Numbered from the stretch's first letter, positions 1 to 11,240 are shown. The stretch is DNA of 64,000 nt from a bacterium (GCA_031551405.1 JAVBNQ010000003.1:62001-126000); one strand, 5' to 3'. Translations and numbers: made by a program. The notes: a model not told the origin generated them from the letters alone.

Positions 1-1092
1 TTGTATCTTGGAAAAATTTTGATTTTTTCTGTATCTTTACTTGTTTTGTTTAGTATTTTGATGATTTTTAGCGCGAGTTCTATTTTTGCGAACGAAAAAT
101 TTGCGGATCCTTTTTTTTTCTTAAAAAAACACATAGTTTGGACATGTCTCGGATTTATCTCGCTTTTTGTTGGATGTTTGATTCCTGTAAAAAAACTTCA
201 AACTTTTAGTTTAATTTTTGTTTTTTTGAACCTTGCTTTGTTGATTTTGGTTCTTTTCCCATCGATAGGGCAATCGGTCGGTGGCGCTAGACGGTGGATA
301 AGATTTTTTGGATTTGGGATTCAACCGTCTGAGATCGCAAAACTTGTTTTTATAATTTACACGGCGAGCTGGCTCGATAGAAAACATCAGCTTATGAATC
401 AGAATTTTTTGACGCTTCTACCGAATTTATTTTTACTTTTAACAACGTTCTTTTTGATTTACAAAGAACCTGACTTGGGAACTGTAGTCTTGATTACAAT
501 GGTTTTGATGAGCATGTATGTTATAGCCGGCATAAGTAAAAAATATTTAATTTCACTTTTTTTAGCGTTTATTCCATTTTTAGTTTACAGTTTAATTTGG
601 ACGCCATACAGACTCAAACGTTTAATCGCATTCCTGAATCCGTGGGATTATTTTTCTAGCTCAGGATATCAAGTTGTACAGTCGTATTTGGCGATCGCAA
701 ACTCAGGCATTTTTGGTCGCGGTATCGGCGGAAGCCAATTAAAACTTTTGTATTTGCCTGAAGCGCATACTGACTTTATTTTTTCGATTATTATCGAGGA
801 ACTTGGCGTTTTTTCAGTAATCGGAATCATTGGATTTTTTATAATTTTTACGATTATTGGAATTAGAATTAGCCTAAAAACGACGGATTATTTTACGAAA
901 ATGTTGGCTTTTGGAATTACTCTTTCGATTGCCTATCAAGCTATGGTAAATATTGCGGTTATCACAGGTAGTATCCCGACGAAAGGCATTACCTTGCCAT
1001 TTCTATCATTTGGAGGATCGTCGCTTTTGATCAGTATGTTTGAAACCGGAATTTTGCTGAATATTTTTAACACTTTGCGTAAAAATAATTAA
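1..1092 (+). CDS. ftsW: SEDS-family cell division protein FtsW (start may lie upstream of the window edge)
   Basis: Multi-TM protein with SEDS motifs GARRWI, QPSEIAK, EPDLGT, LPEAHTDFIF, GITLPFLSFGGSS. Confidence 0.93.
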   Translation: MYLGKILIFSVSLLVLFSILMIFSASSIFANEKFADPFFFLKKHIVWTCLGFISLFVGCLIPVKKLQTFSLIFVFLNLALLILVLFPSIGQSVGGARRWIRFFGFGIQPSEIAKLVFIIYTASWLDRKHQLMNQNFLTLLPNLFLLLTTFFLIYKEPDLGTVVLITMVLMSMYVIAGISKKYLISLFLAFIPFLVYSLIWTPYRLKRLIAFLNPWDYFSSSGYQVVQSYLAIANSGIFGRGIGGSQLKLLYLPEAHTDFIFSIIIEELGVFSVIGIIGFFIIFTIIGIRISLKTTDYFTKMLAFGITLSIAYQAMVNIAVITGSIPTKGITLPFLSFGGSSLLISMFETGILLNIFNTLRKNN

Positions 1093-1113
1093 AACAAAAT
1101 ATTTGGAGGAAAA

Positions 1114-2436
1114 ATGTCAAAACAAAAGACTATTTCGAAGGAAGCTTCTTATTCGGGAGTAGGTCTGCACACTGGAAATAAAACAACGCTAACTTTCAAA
1201 CCTGCTCAAGAAAATTCCGGCATAAAATTTGTGAGAATCGATATGCCCAACCAACCGGAAATTCCGGCTCGTATAGAAAATGTCGTTGGTGTGACGCGAG
1301 GAACTACAATTGCAGCAAATGATGCATCAGTTCATACAGTCGAGCATATTTTAGCGTCTTTGAGCGCTCTCGAAATAGATAATGTAATTATTGAAATTGA
1401 CGGCAACGAACCTCCTGTTGCAGACGGAAGCGCATTTCCATTCGTTCAAATTTTGAAAGAGGCTGGGATTGTCGAGCAAGCTCAGGACAAAGAATTTATA
1501 AAAATCGATAAAACTATAGCATACAAAAAAGGTGATGTTGAACTCATAGTAGTTCCATCAGAAGAATTCAAGATTTCGCTTACGATTAGCTACAATCATC
1601 CGATTTTGAATACGCAATATATGTCATTTTCGATCGAGGATGGGGATTTTATGAATGAAATCGCACCGGCCAGAACTTTTTGTTTTGATTATGAAATCGA
1701 GTGTATGCAAAAAGAAGGTCTTGCTAAAGGCGGAAGTTTGGATAACGCGATTGTGATCGGCGAGAACAAAATTCACAACAAAGAATTGCGTTTTAAAGAT
1801 GAGTTTGTGAGACATAAAATTTTGGATCTTATCGGAGACTTGGCTTTCCTCGGAAAACGATTAAAAGGACACGTAATTGCATTTAAAAGCGGGCATTCCG
1901 TTAATATCGAGTTTGCACGGGAAATTTTTAAGAGTTTGAATACACCAAAAAATATCGAGGCTAAAATAGAAGCAGAAGACTACAAGCAAGTTTGTGAAGG
2001 GAAATTATTAAATATCGTTGATATAATGGGAATTATTCCGCATAGATATCCGTTTTTGTTGATCGATAAAGTGATAATTACAGAGGATGCGAAGTCTGCA
2101 GTTGGATTTAAAAATGTCACGATGAACGAGGCTTTTTTCCAAGGACATTTCCCTGGAAGACCGGTGATGCCTGGAGTTTTGATTATCGAGGCGATGGCTC
2201 AAACTTCGTGTGTTCTTTTTCTCTCAAAAGCAGAGCTCGCTGAGACAAAACTTGCGCTTTTTATGGGAATTAATAATGTGAGATTTAGGCGACAAGTAGT
2301 TCCAGGGGACGTTTTGCGATTTGAAATGGAAGTGACGAGAGGCCGAGAACGCGGCGGAAAAGTGCTCGGAAAAGCGTTTGTTGGGAATAGTCTCGTCGCA
2401 GAAGCAGAAATTATGTTTTCGTTAGTCGATAAATAG
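1114..2436 (+). CDS. lpxC-fabZ: Bifunctional UDP-3-O-acyl-GlcNAc deacetylase / 3-hydroxyacyl-ACP dehydratase (LpxC-FabZ fusion)
   Basis: N-terminal GVGLHTG, TVEH, HKILDLIGD (LpxC); C-terminal PHRYPFLLID, FFQGHFP, PGVLIIEAMAQ (FabZ); GGAGG SD. Confidence 0.96.
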   Translation: MSKQKTISKEASYSGVGLHTGNKTTLTFKPAQENSGIKFVRIDMPNQPEIPARIENVVGVTRGTTIAANDASVHTVEHILASLSALEIDNVIIEIDGNEPPVADGSAFPFVQILKEAGIVEQAQDKEFIKIDKTIAYKKGDVELIVVPSEEFKISLTISYNHPILNTQYMSFSIEDGDFMNEIAPARTFCFDYEIECMQKEGLAKGGSLDNAIVIGENKIHNKELRFKDEFVRHKILDLIGDLAFLGKRLKGHVIAFKSGHSVNIEFAREIFKSLNTPKNIEAKIEAEDYKQVCEGKLLNIVDIMGIIPHRYPFLLIDKVIITEDAKSAVGFKNVTMNEAFFQGHFPGRPVMPGVLIIEAMAQTSCVLFLSKAELAETKLALFMGINNVRFRRQVVPGDVLRFEMEVTRGRERGGKVLGKAFVGNSLVAEAEIMFSLVDK

Positions 2437-2554
2437 TTTTGGTTCATTTTTTATCGTATAATTTTTTCGAAAAAGGCTAGGGCATTTTTGAAAATTGAAT
2501 AGTTTTAAAAAATGTTATAATCAAATAGGGGTGTTTTTGAGAACGGCAAAAATT

Positions 2555-4291
2555 ATGGCTATACATAAAAAAATTACGATATTTTTTTTATTAATAAGTA
2601 CGTTTTTTTATCAAAATTTGTTTTGTTTAGAACTGAGTTTTAATGATAATGTCGCAAAAATTACTGAAGATTATAAAAATTCTAATGACGATCAATATGT
2701 TTTTGTGATTTCGAATATTGCCTATAATTCTGAAGTTCAAAGAAATATTGCGAATATTCTCGAAATTTTGAAAAATGAATACAAAAATGATTTTAAAATC
2801 GTAGGTCTAGAGGGAGATTATGGATTTATAAATACTAAAATTATAAGAGATTTGCCGATCGCATCTTTCAAAAAAAATATCATCAAAAAATTGGTTGAGA
2901 AAAATTTGATTACAGGCGCTGAAGCTTTTATGTCAAATCTTGAACCCAAAAACGAATCTATTTTTTTATATGGAATAGACGACTGGCAGTTATTAAATAA
3001 AAACAACGAGCTGCTAAAAATGGCGCTTTATCGATATTCCGACGCGAATCAAAAATACAAAGAAATTCAAACTAAAATTAAAGAATTTTTTCTAAAAAAT
3101 AACCCAAAAATCAACGAGCTTTACGATTTATATATTGCTTTTATCCAGAAGGATTTAGAAGTAAGCGATTTTGTGTTGCAAATATTGGCTATATCTCCCG
3201 AAAATGAAAAAAAATTGCAAAAATATCCAAATTTATCGAATTATTTGAAACATTTGAATAAATACAAGGAGTTAAATTTTATTGCTATAGAAAGAGACGC
3301 AAATTTTGTAATTGAAGCACTAAAAAATTCAAAGCTCATTACAAAAAATGAATTGTCAAATTTAGAAAGCTTGTCGAAGCAAAAAACAAAATATTTTTTT
3401 TCGGAACTTCAGGGAATACTTGAAAAATATAAAATAAGTATAAAAAATAATTACACAAAGTTGAATTCATACTTGGATTTTTTGAATGTCACAAAAAATT
3501 TCGAATTTAAAATTATTGATTTTGAATTGAAAGAGTTTTTTAATCTAGCAGTTAAAAGTTTAGCTAAAAATAAAAAAGAACAAAATTTTGTTTTCATGCA
3601 AAATTATTTTTTTGAGATGAGAGATTTTTTTACCATTCAAATTACTTACTCTCAATTTGTGAATTTTATTTCTCAAAAAAAGCAGTTTTGGGATTTGTTT
3701 AACAAATATTTTAATATCGCCAGCTATAAAATTTTATATGACAAGTTTGTCGCTATAGAAAATTTTTATCTGAACAGCGATAAAAAAGCAGAATTACTCG
3801 TAAAAAATTTATTTAATTACGATAGTAAAATAATTGTAATGATCGTGAATGGTTTTTATAAAGATTTAGTTGTAGCGAATCTAAGGTTGGTCGCGAAAAA
3901 TTACACGGTAATTGAACCTGTTTTTGAAAGTTATGATGATTACGACAAGAGAGCATTATTTAATAGATTGAATGGCAAATTGACTAAAAAAGATTATCCG
4001 ATAATTAATAGCATTATTTATAGCAACGAATTTCGCGTTAAATATTTTGAAATTTTGGGCACGACTTGCTTGGAGATGCAGAAACAGCTTAGCAGTTACG
4101 ACATTTTTAAGATTTTAAAGTACATGACTAAACTCGCTATTGAAAACGATTTAATGGCTAAATTCGATGAGTTTTTGACTATTTTAATTAATAAAGGTTA
4201 CAAAAGATCTGATAAAGAAAGTTATACATTGAGAGATTTAAAGTCTGATTTAGATATTTTGGAAGATGTAGAAGCCTATTCGGCAGCATAA
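2555..4291 (+). CDS. Secreted hypothetical protein; resembles the N-terminal domain of Omnitrophota/Elusimicrobiota giant proteins, with degenerate motifs
   Basis: Long ORF (2495-4291; ATG at 2555 gives a signal-peptide-like N-terminus); segments VQRNIANIL, VGLEGDYGFI, ITGAE, LYGIDD, IVNGFY...YTVIEP. Confidence 0.6.
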   Translation: MAIHKKITIFFLLISTFFYQNLFCLELSFNDNVAKITEDYKNSNDDQYVFVISNIAYNSEVQRNIANILEILKNEYKNDFKIVGLEGDYGFINTKIIRDLPIASFKKNIIKKLVEKNLITGAEAFMSNLEPKNESIFLYGIDDWQLLNKNNELLKMALYRYSDANQKYKEIQTKIKEFFLKNNPKINELYDLYIAFIQKDLEVSDFVLQILAISPENEKKLQKYPNLSNYLKHLNKYKELNFIAIERDANFVIEALKNSKLITKNELSNLESLSKQKTKYFFSELQGILEKYKISIKNNYTKLNSYLDFLNVTKNFEFKIIDFELKEFFNLAVKSLAKNKKEQNFVFMQNYFFEMRDFFTIQITYSQFVNFISQKKQFWDLFNKYFNIASYKILYDKFVAIENFYLNSDKKAELLVKNLFNYDSKIIVMIVNGFYKDLVVANLRLVAKNYTVIEPVFESYDDYDKRALFNRLNGKLTKKDYPIINSIIYSNEFRVKYFEILGTTCLEMQKQLSSYDIFKILKYMTKLAIENDLMAKFDEFLTILINKGYKRSDKESYTLRDLKSDLDILEDVEAYSAA

Positions 4292-4326
4292 GCGACGTAT
4301 TTTAGTTAAATTTTAAGCATTTCTCC

Positions 4327-4355
4327 TTTACAAAATCCAGAGTGTTTGTTATTAT
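4327..4355 (+). promoter_or_regulatory. Putative sigma70 promoter of ilvBNC
   Basis: TTTACA-17nt-TATTAT with extended -10 TG; a TATAAT overlaps at 4353-4358. Confidence 0.5.
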
Positions 4356-4399
4356 AATGACAAAATTTGTGGATTCCCACAAATTTCCGGAGGTTTATT

Positions 4400-6073
4400 T
4401 TGCAGATTACTGGCGCAAAAATTGTTATAGAATCCTTGATTAAAGAGAATGTTGAGGTGATTTTTGGATATCCAGGCGGGCAGGTGATTCCTATTTTCGA
4501 CGCGCTTTATGATTACAAAAATTTCAGGTTTATTTTGCCGCGTCACGAGCAAGCAGCAGTTCATGCAGCTGATGGCTATGCACGCGTAACAGGTAAACCA
4601 GGAGTTGCTATCGTTACGTCAGGTCCCGGAGCTACGAATACTGTCACGGGACTCGCAAACGCTTATATGGATTCTATTCCGCTCGTTTGTATTACAGGTC
4701 AAGTTCCGACGAGTTTGATCGGTAACGATGCTTTTCAAGAGTCAGATATCACAGGCATTACTCGTCCTATCACTAAGCATAATTTTTTAGTAAAAGACAT
4801 AAAAGATTTGGCTATGACGATAAAAAAGGCGTTTCATATCGCTACGACTGGAAGACCTGGACCAGTTTTGATTGATATTCCGAGCGATATTCAAAAGCAA
4901 AGTTTTGACTTCGACTATCCATCAGAGCTCAACATGCGAAATTATAAACCAAATTATGAAGGGCATATTAAACAAATCAAAAAAGCAGCAGAATTGATAA
5001 ATTCTGCGAAAAAACCAGTACTTTACGTTGGAGGTGGAGTCATTTCGTCAGAAGCTTCGTCTGAGTTAATGAATACTGCTGAAAAAGCGCAAATTCCGGT
5101 TACAACGACGCTTATGGCTTTGGGTGCAATCCCATCGCGACATAAATTGAATCTGGGAATGCTTGGAATGCATGGAACTTATTACGCGAATCATGCAATG
5201 CAGAACTCGGATTTAGTCATTGCTGTTGGTGCAAGATTTGACGATCGAGTCACTGGAAAAGTCTCTGAGTTCGCGCAAAAAGCAAAAATTATCCACGTCG
5301 ACATTGATCCTACTAGTATTGCGAAGACTGTTCGAGTTGATGTCCCTGTTGTTGGTGACGCAAAAAATGTTTTGGCGCAGCTTTTTGATTTGGTTGAGAA
5401 AGCTGAGCATGAAGATTGGCATGAACAGATTGATGAGTGGAAAAAAGAGCATCCGCTTGCATATTTACGTGATGATAAATTGAGACCTCAATACGTGATT
5501 GAGCAAATTGCTGAAATTACTCGAGGTGAGGCGATAATTTGCACAGAAGTTGGCCAACACCAAATGTGGACAGCGCAGTACAGCAAGTTTGAGAAGCCTA
5601 GGACGTTTGTAACGAGCGGAGGGCTGGGTACTATGGGCTATGGTTTTCCAGCGGCTATAGGCGCGAAAATTGGCGCTCCGAATAAAACGGTTTTTAATAT
5701 TGCTGGTGACGGAAGTATTCAAATGAATATTCAAGAACTCGCTACAGTTTTTGAGAATAAAATCCCGGTTAAGATTGTGATTCTTAATAACGGATACCTT
5801 GGGATGGTGCGGCAGTGGCAAGAGCTTTTTCATCAAAAAAGATACAGCTGCACGACATTGAGCGGAAATCCTGATTTTGTTAAGCTCGCGGATGCGTACG
5901 GCGCAGTCGGAATGAGGATTACAGATAAAAAAGATGTGAAAAGTGCGATTGAAAAAGCTATGCAAATAGACAACACTGTTATTTTGGATTTTGTTGTAGA
6001 GAAGGAAGAAAACGTGTTTCCGTTCGTTCCAGCTGGAAAAGCCATTCACGAGATTCTTCGAGGTTTAGCATAA
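4400..6073 (+). CDS. ilvB: Acetolactate synthase large subunit
   Basis: [35 protein letters not shown] ThDP motif; TTG start at 4400 after GGAGG. Confidence 0.97.
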   Translation: MQITGAKIVIESLIKENVEVIFGYPGGQVIPIFDALYDYKNFRFILPRHEQAAVHAADGYARVTGKPGVAIVTSGPGATNTVTGLANAYMDSIPLVCITGQVPTSLIGNDAFQESDITGITRPITKHNFLVKDIKDLAMTIKKAFHIATTGRPGPVLIDIPSDIQKQSFDFDYPSELNMRNYKPNYEGHIKQIKKAAELINSAKKPVLYVGGGVISSEASSELMNTAEKAQIPVTTTLMALGAIPSRHKLNLGMLGMHGTYYANHAMQNSDLVIAVGARFDDRVTGKVSEFAQKAKIIHVDIDPTSIAKTVRVDVPVVGDAKNVLAQLFDLVEKAEHEDWHEQIDEWKKEHPLAYLRDDKLRPQYVIEQIAEITRGEAIICTEVGQHQMWTAQYSKFEKPRTFVTSGGLGTMGYGFPAAIGAKIGAPNKTVFNIAGDGSIQMNIQELATVFENKIPVKIVILNNGYLGMVRQWQELFHQKRYSCTTLSGNPDFVKLADAYGAVGMRITDKKDVKSAIEKAMQIDNTVILDFVVEKEENVFPFVPAGKAIHEILRGLA

Positions 6074-6109
6074 TTTTTTAGAAGTTAATGGGGGAGAAAT
6101 TTTATAAAA

Positions 6110-6583
6110 ATGAAACATACAATTTCGGTTTTAGTAGAAAATCAATTTGGAGTTTTAGCGCGTATCTCCGGGCTTTTTAGCGCTCGAGGGTTTAACATTG
6201 AAAGTCTTGCAGTTGGTCAAACTGAGGATCCAAATATTTCAAGAATGACGATTGTTGTTAATGGCGACGAGGCGATTCTCGAACAAGTTTTGAAACAATT
6301 AAATAAACTCATAGACGTGATAAAAGTTTTAGAAATTCCGAAAAGTTCTGTTAAAAGAGACTTGATTTTGATAAAAGTCAATTTTACGAAGGAAATCCGA
6401 AGTGAACTAATGCAGATTACGGATATTTTTAGAGCTAAAATAGTCGATGTATCGAAAGATTCTGTGGTGATTGAATTGACTGGTGACGAGGATAAAATCG
6501 AGGCTTTCATCAATTTAGTGACTCCATTTGGTATAAAAGAATTAACAAGAACAGGGATAATTGCTCTTTTACGAGGAAATTAA
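6110..6583 (+). CDS. ilvN: Acetolactate synthase small (ACT) subunit
   Basis: [29 protein letters not shown]; follows ilvB. Confidence 0.96.
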   Translation: MKHTISVLVENQFGVLARISGLFSARGFNIESLAVGQTEDPNISRMTIVVNGDEAILEQVLKQLNKLIDVIKVLEIPKSSVKRDLILIKVNFTKEIRSELMQITDIFRAKIVDVSKDSVVIELTGDEDKIEAFINLVTPFGIKELTRTGIIALLRGN

Positions 6584-6626
6584 AAACTAAAATTTATTAA
6601 AAAAATTGAATTTTTGGAGGGAAAAA

Positions 6627-7628
6627 ATGTCTGCTAAAATTTATTATGACAAGGATGCAAATGCTAGTTTATTGAATCAAAAAAAAGTTGCGATAATTGG
6701 TTATGGAAGCCAAGGACATGCGCATGCTTTGAACTTGAAAGAAAGCGGTTTTAATGTTGTAGTCGGACTCAAAGAAGGCAGAAAAAGCTGGAATAGAGCG
6801 ATCGAGGACGGCTGGAAACCAATGAGCGTAAAAGAAGCTGTCGATGGCGCGGCTTGGATACAGATTTTAACGCCGGATGAATTGCAAGGCGAAATTTACG
6901 AGAAAGACATAAAACCAAGTTTGAAGCCAGGAATGACTTTGAGTTTTGCACATGGATTCAATATCAGGTACAAAATTATAGTTCCGCCAGCTGACGTCAA
7001 TGTTGCTATGGTTGCGCCAAAAGGTCCCGGACACTTGGTAAGAAGACAGTATACCGAAGGGAAAGGCGTTCCGTGTTTAGTTGCTATTCATCAAGATGCG
7101 ACTGGAAATGCTTTGGATCTGGCGCTCGCGTACGCAAAAGGAATCGGTGGAACCCGAGGCGGAGTTTTACAAACAACTTTTGCCGAGGAAACTGAGACGG
7201 ATTTATTCGGAGAACAAGCTGTTCTCTGCGGAGGGACTGTCGAGCTGATTAAGGCTGGGTTTGATACTTTGGTCGAGGCCGGATATCAACCTGAAATTGC
7301 TTATTTTGAATGTTTGCACGAGCTAAAATTGATCACAGACCTTATTTTTGAAGGCGGCATTGGTAATATGAATTATTCGATTTCTGATACAGCGGAGTAT
7401 GGCGAGTATGTCGTAGGTAAAAGAATTATAAACGATGCAGCCAGACAAGAAATGAAAAAAGTTTTGGGAGAAATTCAAGACGGAACTTTTGCAAAAAATT
7501 GGATGAATGAAAATAAAAACGGAAGACCAAATTTCAACAAATCTCGAGAAGACGTCAAAAAGCTTAAAATTGAAAGCGTCGGAGAAGAATTGCGAAAAAT
7601 GATGCCTTGGCTCAAAAAGCAAAAATAA
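6627..7628 (+). CDS. ilvC: Ketol-acid reductoisomerase
   Basis: [38 protein letters not shown] at 6627 after GGAGG. Confidence 0.97.
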   Translation: MSAKIYYDKDANASLLNQKKVAIIGYGSQGHAHALNLKESGFNVVVGLKEGRKSWNRAIEDGWKPMSVKEAVDGAAWIQILTPDELQGEIYEKDIKPSLKPGMTLSFAHGFNIRYKIIVPPADVNVAMVAPKGPGHLVRRQYTEGKGVPCLVAIHQDATGNALDLALAYAKGIGGTRGGVLQTTFAEETETDLFGEQAVLCGGTVELIKAGFDTLVEAGYQPEIAYFECLHELKLITDLIFEGGIGNMNYSISDTAEYGEYVVGKRIINDAARQEMKKVLGEIQDGTFAKNWMNENKNGRPNFNKSREDVKKLKIESVGEELRKMMPWLKKQK

Positions 7629-7657
7629 ATTCACGTTAAATCTTTTAAAAAAAAACT

Positions 7658-7689
7658 TCCCTCGTCAAAAAACGAGGGATTTTTTATTT
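7658..7689 (+). terminator. Intrinsic terminator after ilvC (A-tract upstream, possibly bidirectional)
   Basis: TCCCTCGT/ACGAGGGA 8-bp stem followed by a T-tract, between convergent ilvC and metX. Confidence 0.8.
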
Positions 7690-7752
7690 ATAATTAAATT
7701 TAAGATTTTTGGCTAAGCAGAAGTGTCATGAAAATTGTTGTAAATTAGATTT

Positions 7753-8835
7753 TTAGATTAGAGAGTTGAGGAAAGGTTTTATGAGTTTTGTTTGTTCTTC
7801 AGCTTCAATCAGGAAAGAATCATGTCCCCATGTCGACGGAATCGAGCAATATGTAGCCGGCACGTGACGTTGCCGTAAAATTTTTACGATCTCAAGCGAC
7901 TGATAAATCGGGTAAAGCCAGTCTGAATCAAAAGCGATTACTAAAAATTTTACGTCACAAGATTTCTTTGACTCGAGCAATCTATCTGAAACATCAAAAT
8001 AATCCATGGCTTTCGTGATATACAAATACGAGTTTGCGTCGAAACGTTTCACAAAATCATCGCCTTTTATATGCAAATAATTTTCTACCTCGAAATTCTT
8101 TGAAAATAATAGTTCTTCTTTGATTTTTCGGCGAGAAAATTTTGTATTCATCGAATTGTCACTCATGTAAGTGATATGGCCGATCATCCTCGCAATCGAG
8201 ACTCCGAGCTGCGGAATTTTTTTGTCATAATAATTGCCGTTATTCCAGTCGGGATCACGCATAATCGCTTGTCTGCCGACCTCGTTAAACGCAATTTGTT
8301 GAGGAGAATGCTTGAGTGTAGTCGCAATCGGAATAGCGCTCAAAGTATACTCGGGATAGCTCGCAACCCACTCAAGAACCTGCATTCCACCCATCGAGCC
8401 GCCGACTACGCTTACTAGCTTTTTTATGCCGAAATGATCAACCAATTTTTTCTGTAAATTGACTATATCTTTTATTGTGATGAACGGGAAAGACATTGCA
8501 TAATTTTGATTTGTTTTCGGATTAATCGAAATTGGTCCGGAAGTTCCCTTGCAGCCTCCGAGAATGTTCGAGCAGATGACGAAAAATTTGTTCGTGTCAA
8601 TCGCTTTGTCCGGGCCGATTATCGTATCCCACCATCCTGGTTTCTTGTCGCCGTCGTGATAGAATGCGGCATGAGCGTCTCCAGAAAAAGCGTGCTCAAC
8701 GAGAATTGCGTTCGTCTTTTCGGCATTCAAAATCCCGTAAGTCTCGTACGCCACAAAAATTTCGTCTATTTTATCGCCATTTTCAAAAATAAATTCGTCA
8801 TCAAACTTTAAATATTTTGTCTCGACTATTTCCAT
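7753..8835 (-). CDS. metX: Homoserine O-acetyltransferase (MetX family)
   Basis: HAFSGDAHA, GGSMGGMQ nucleophile elbow, RFDANSY, GHDSFL. Confidence 0.93.
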   Translation of the reverse strand: MEIVETKYLKFDDEFIFENGDKIDEIFVAYETYGILNAEKTNAILVEHAFSGDAHAAFYHDGDKKPGWWDTIIGPDKAIDTNKFFVICSNILGGCKGTSGPISINPKTNQNYAMSFPFITIKDIVNLQKKLVDHFGIKKLVSVVGGSMGGMQVLEWVASYPEYTLSAIPIATTLKHSPQQIAFNEVGRQAIMRDPDWNNGNYYDKKIPQLGVSIARMIGHITYMSDNSMNTKFSRRKIKEELLFSKNFEVENYLHIKGDDFVKRFDANSYLYITKAMDYFDVSDRLLESKKSCDVKFLVIAFDSDWLYPIYQSLEIVKILRQRHVPATYCSIPSTWGHDSFLIEAEEQTKLIKPFLNSLI

Positions 8836-9559
8836 TTTTTTCCTGTTTTTTCAAAAGCGAAAAAATCAAAACGATTTCGCCTTTTATATTTTCCTTTTTC
8901 GTCAAAAAATTTTTCATTTCAACCAAACTTTTCCGCAAAATTTCCTCATGCATTTTCGTCATTTCGCGAGCAATACAAACTTGCAATTTATCAAGCATTT
9001 CATCGTTATTTTCTTGCAATACGTCGTGAATATGTTGGATTGTTTTTTGAATCCTATGTGGCGACTCGAGAAAAACTACAGTATTTGAGATCGTCAAAAA
9101 TTCTTTTAAACCTTCGATTTTTTGCTTATTTTTTTTTGGCATCCAGCCGGCAAATACAAAATTATTCAGATCAAAATTCGAAGAAACGAGAGCATTAATC
9201 ACAGAACAAGCTCCTGGAATTGCCTCGATTTTTATGCCCTTATCAAGCAAAAATTTTACCAATTTGTCGCCCGGATCAGCGATGAGTGGTGTTCCTGCGT
9301 CAGAAACTAAAGCAAGATTTTGCCCGGCTTCAAGTAAATCCAAAATCGAAACAATTTTTTTCTCATCGCTAAATTTGTGATAGCTCACGAGTTTTTTCGA
9401 AATATTATATTTTTGTAAAAGTCTAATCGTGTATCTGGTATCTTCGCAGAGAATTGCGTCGACAAAGTTCAATACTTCAACTGCTCGATACGTAATATCT
9501 TTTAAGTTTCCTATCGGAGTCGCGATTATGAATAATTGGCCTTTTTTTGCGTTTTTCAT
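8801..9559 (-). CDS. rsmI: 16S rRNA C1402 2'-O-methyltransferase
   Basis: IATPIGNLKDITYRA, CEDTR, VSDAGTPLIADPG, ESPHR, REMTKMHEE. Confidence 0.95.
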   Translation of the reverse strand: MKNAKKGQLFIIATPIGNLKDITYRAVEVLNFVDAILCEDTRYTIRLLQKYNISKKLVSYHKFSDEKKIVSILDLLEAGQNLALVSDAGTPLIADPGDKLVKFLLDKGIKIEAIPGACSVINALVSSNFDLNNFVFAGWMPKKNKQKIEGLKEFLTISNTVVFLESPHRIQKTIQHIHDVLQENNDEMLDKLQVCIAREMTKMHEEILRKSLVEMKNFLTKKENIKGEIVLIFSLLKKQEKNGNSRDKIFKV

Positions 9560-10470
9560 TTAATCAAATCAGACAAATATCTTTCACCAGTGTCTGGGAA
9601 AATTACGACGATATTTTTGTTTATAAATTCTTCGCGTTTTGCGATTTCCAAAGCTGCAGACATACTCGCGCCGCTCGATATCCCGCACAAAATTCCTTCA
9701 GTTTTTGCGAGCTTTCTCATCATAAAATATGCGTCCTCGTTGGACACTTGGATTATTTCGTCGATGATTTTTGTGTTTAAAATTTTTGGAATAAAACCTG
9801 CGCCAATGCCTTGGATTTTGTGAGCTCCCGGATTTTTTCCGCTCAAAACCGCAGAATCTTTTGGTTCAACCGCAAAAATTTTTATGCTAGGGATTTTTTC
9901 TTTCAGAATCTCGCCAACCCCGGTCAATGTCCCGCCCGTTCCAACTCCCAAAACTACCGCGTCAAGTTTTTCATCCAAATCTTGCAAAATTTCGATTGCT
10001 GTCGTTTTTCGATGAATTTCCGGATTACTTTTGTTTTCAAATTGACTCGGGATAAAGCTATTTTTTATGTTTTGATGAAGCTCATTTGCTTTCTCAATCG
10101 CGCCTCGCATTCCTTTCGCGCCTTCAGTCAAAATTATTTCTGCTCCAAAGATCTCCAAAAGTTTCCGTCTCTCTAGGCTCATTGTGTCCGGCATCACTAT
10201 CAGAAGTTTGTAAGATTTTACGGCAGATACAGCCGCCAGCGCAATTCCGGTGTTGCCGCTCGTCGCCTCGATGATCGTGGTGTCCGAATTAATTAGACCG
10301 GATTTTTCGGCATCTTCGATGAGAGCTATTGCGACGCGGTCTTTGACGCTGCCCCAAGGATTAAAATATTCCAATTTTGCAAAAATATTTGCGCGAGTTT
10401 CTTTGATTTTATTTATTTTTACGAGTGGCGTGTTCCCGATAGTTTTTGTAATATCTGAATAAATTTTCAT
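9556..10470 (-). CDS. cysK: Cysteine synthase A
   Basis: IGNTPLV, SVKDR (PLP Lys), TSGNTG, GTGGT, HKIQGIGAGFIP, PDTGERYLS. Confidence 0.95.
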   Translation of the reverse strand: MKIYSDITKTIGNTPLVKINKIKETRANIFAKLEYFNPWGSVKDRVAIALIEDAEKSGLINSDTTIIEATSGNTGIALAAVSAVKSYKLLIVMPDTMSLERRKLLEIFGAEIILTEGAKGMRGAIEKANELHQNIKNSFIPSQFENKSNPEIHRKTTAIEILQDLDEKLDAVVLGVGTGGTLTGVGEILKEKIPSIKIFAVEPKDSAVLSGKNPGAHKIQGIGAGFIPKILNTKIIDEIIQVSNEDAYFMMRKLAKTEGILCGISSGASMSAALEIAKREEFINKNIVVIFPDTGERYLSDLIK

Positions 10471-10488
10471 TTTTTGCTCCGAGTGTGA

Positions 10489-11235
10489 TTACGAGGACAT
10501 GCGCCTCAAATAGATCAAATACTCGACATTTCCGGCCGGACCTTTGAGAGGAGATTCGCAGACGCCGACAATTTCAATTTTTTCGTCCAAATCACTTATA
10601 AAATTTTTTAAGTTTTCGATAACTTCAAGACGATCTTTTTCGTTTTTTACAACGCCGTTTTTCCCGATTTTTTTTCGTCCCACTTCAAATTGTGGTTTGA
10701 TTAGAGCCAAGATTTCCAGTTCGTTTTGTAAAATCCTGAAGAGGTTTGGCAAAATATTTTTGAGTGAGATAAAAGAAACGTCAATGCTAACAAAATCAAT
10801 TTTATCAGTCTGCAGAATTTCTTTTCCATCCCAATGCCTAAAATTCGTTTTTTCGATGTTCACGACGCGTAGATCATTTCTCAGTTTCCAGTCGAGTTGT
10901 CCGTATCCGACGTCAATCGCGTAAACTTTTTTCGCGCCGTGCTGCAGCATACAATCCGTAAAACCGCCAGTCGAAGCTCCGATGTCAAGACACGTTTTAT
11001 CAGTCAAATTTAAACCGAAATTTTCTATGCCTTTGAGAAGTTTGAAACCTCCGCGAGATACAAATTGAATTTCGTTTCTTTCGATCTCAATGTCTTGGTT
11101 TTCGTCAACAAGCGTTCCTTTGTCTACGATTTTTCCGCCGATTTTTACCTTTCGGTCCAGAATCAAAAAAATTGCTTCGTTTCTGCTCTTAACCAAACCT
11201 TTTTCAAAAAGCAAAACATCGATTCTTTTTTTCAT
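10489..11235 (-). CDS. tlyA: TlyA-family rRNA 2'-O-methyltransferase
   Basis: S4 domain, VSRGGFKL, DIGASTGGFTD, DVSFISL, LIKPQFE, GNVEYL. Confidence 0.94.
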   Translation of the reverse strand: MKKRIDVLLFEKGLVKSRNEAIFLILDRKVKIGGKIVDKGTLVDENQDIEIERNEIQFVSRGGFKLLKGIENFGLNLTDKTCLDIGASTGGFTDCMLQHGAKKVYAIDVGYGQLDWKLRNDLRVVNIEKTNFRHWDGKEILQTDKIDFVSIDVSFISLKNILPNLFRILQNELEILALIKPQFEVGRKKIGKNGVVKNEKDRLEVIENLKNFISDLDEKIEIVGVCESPLKGPAGNVEYLIYLRRMSS

Positions 11236-11240
11236 TTTCG

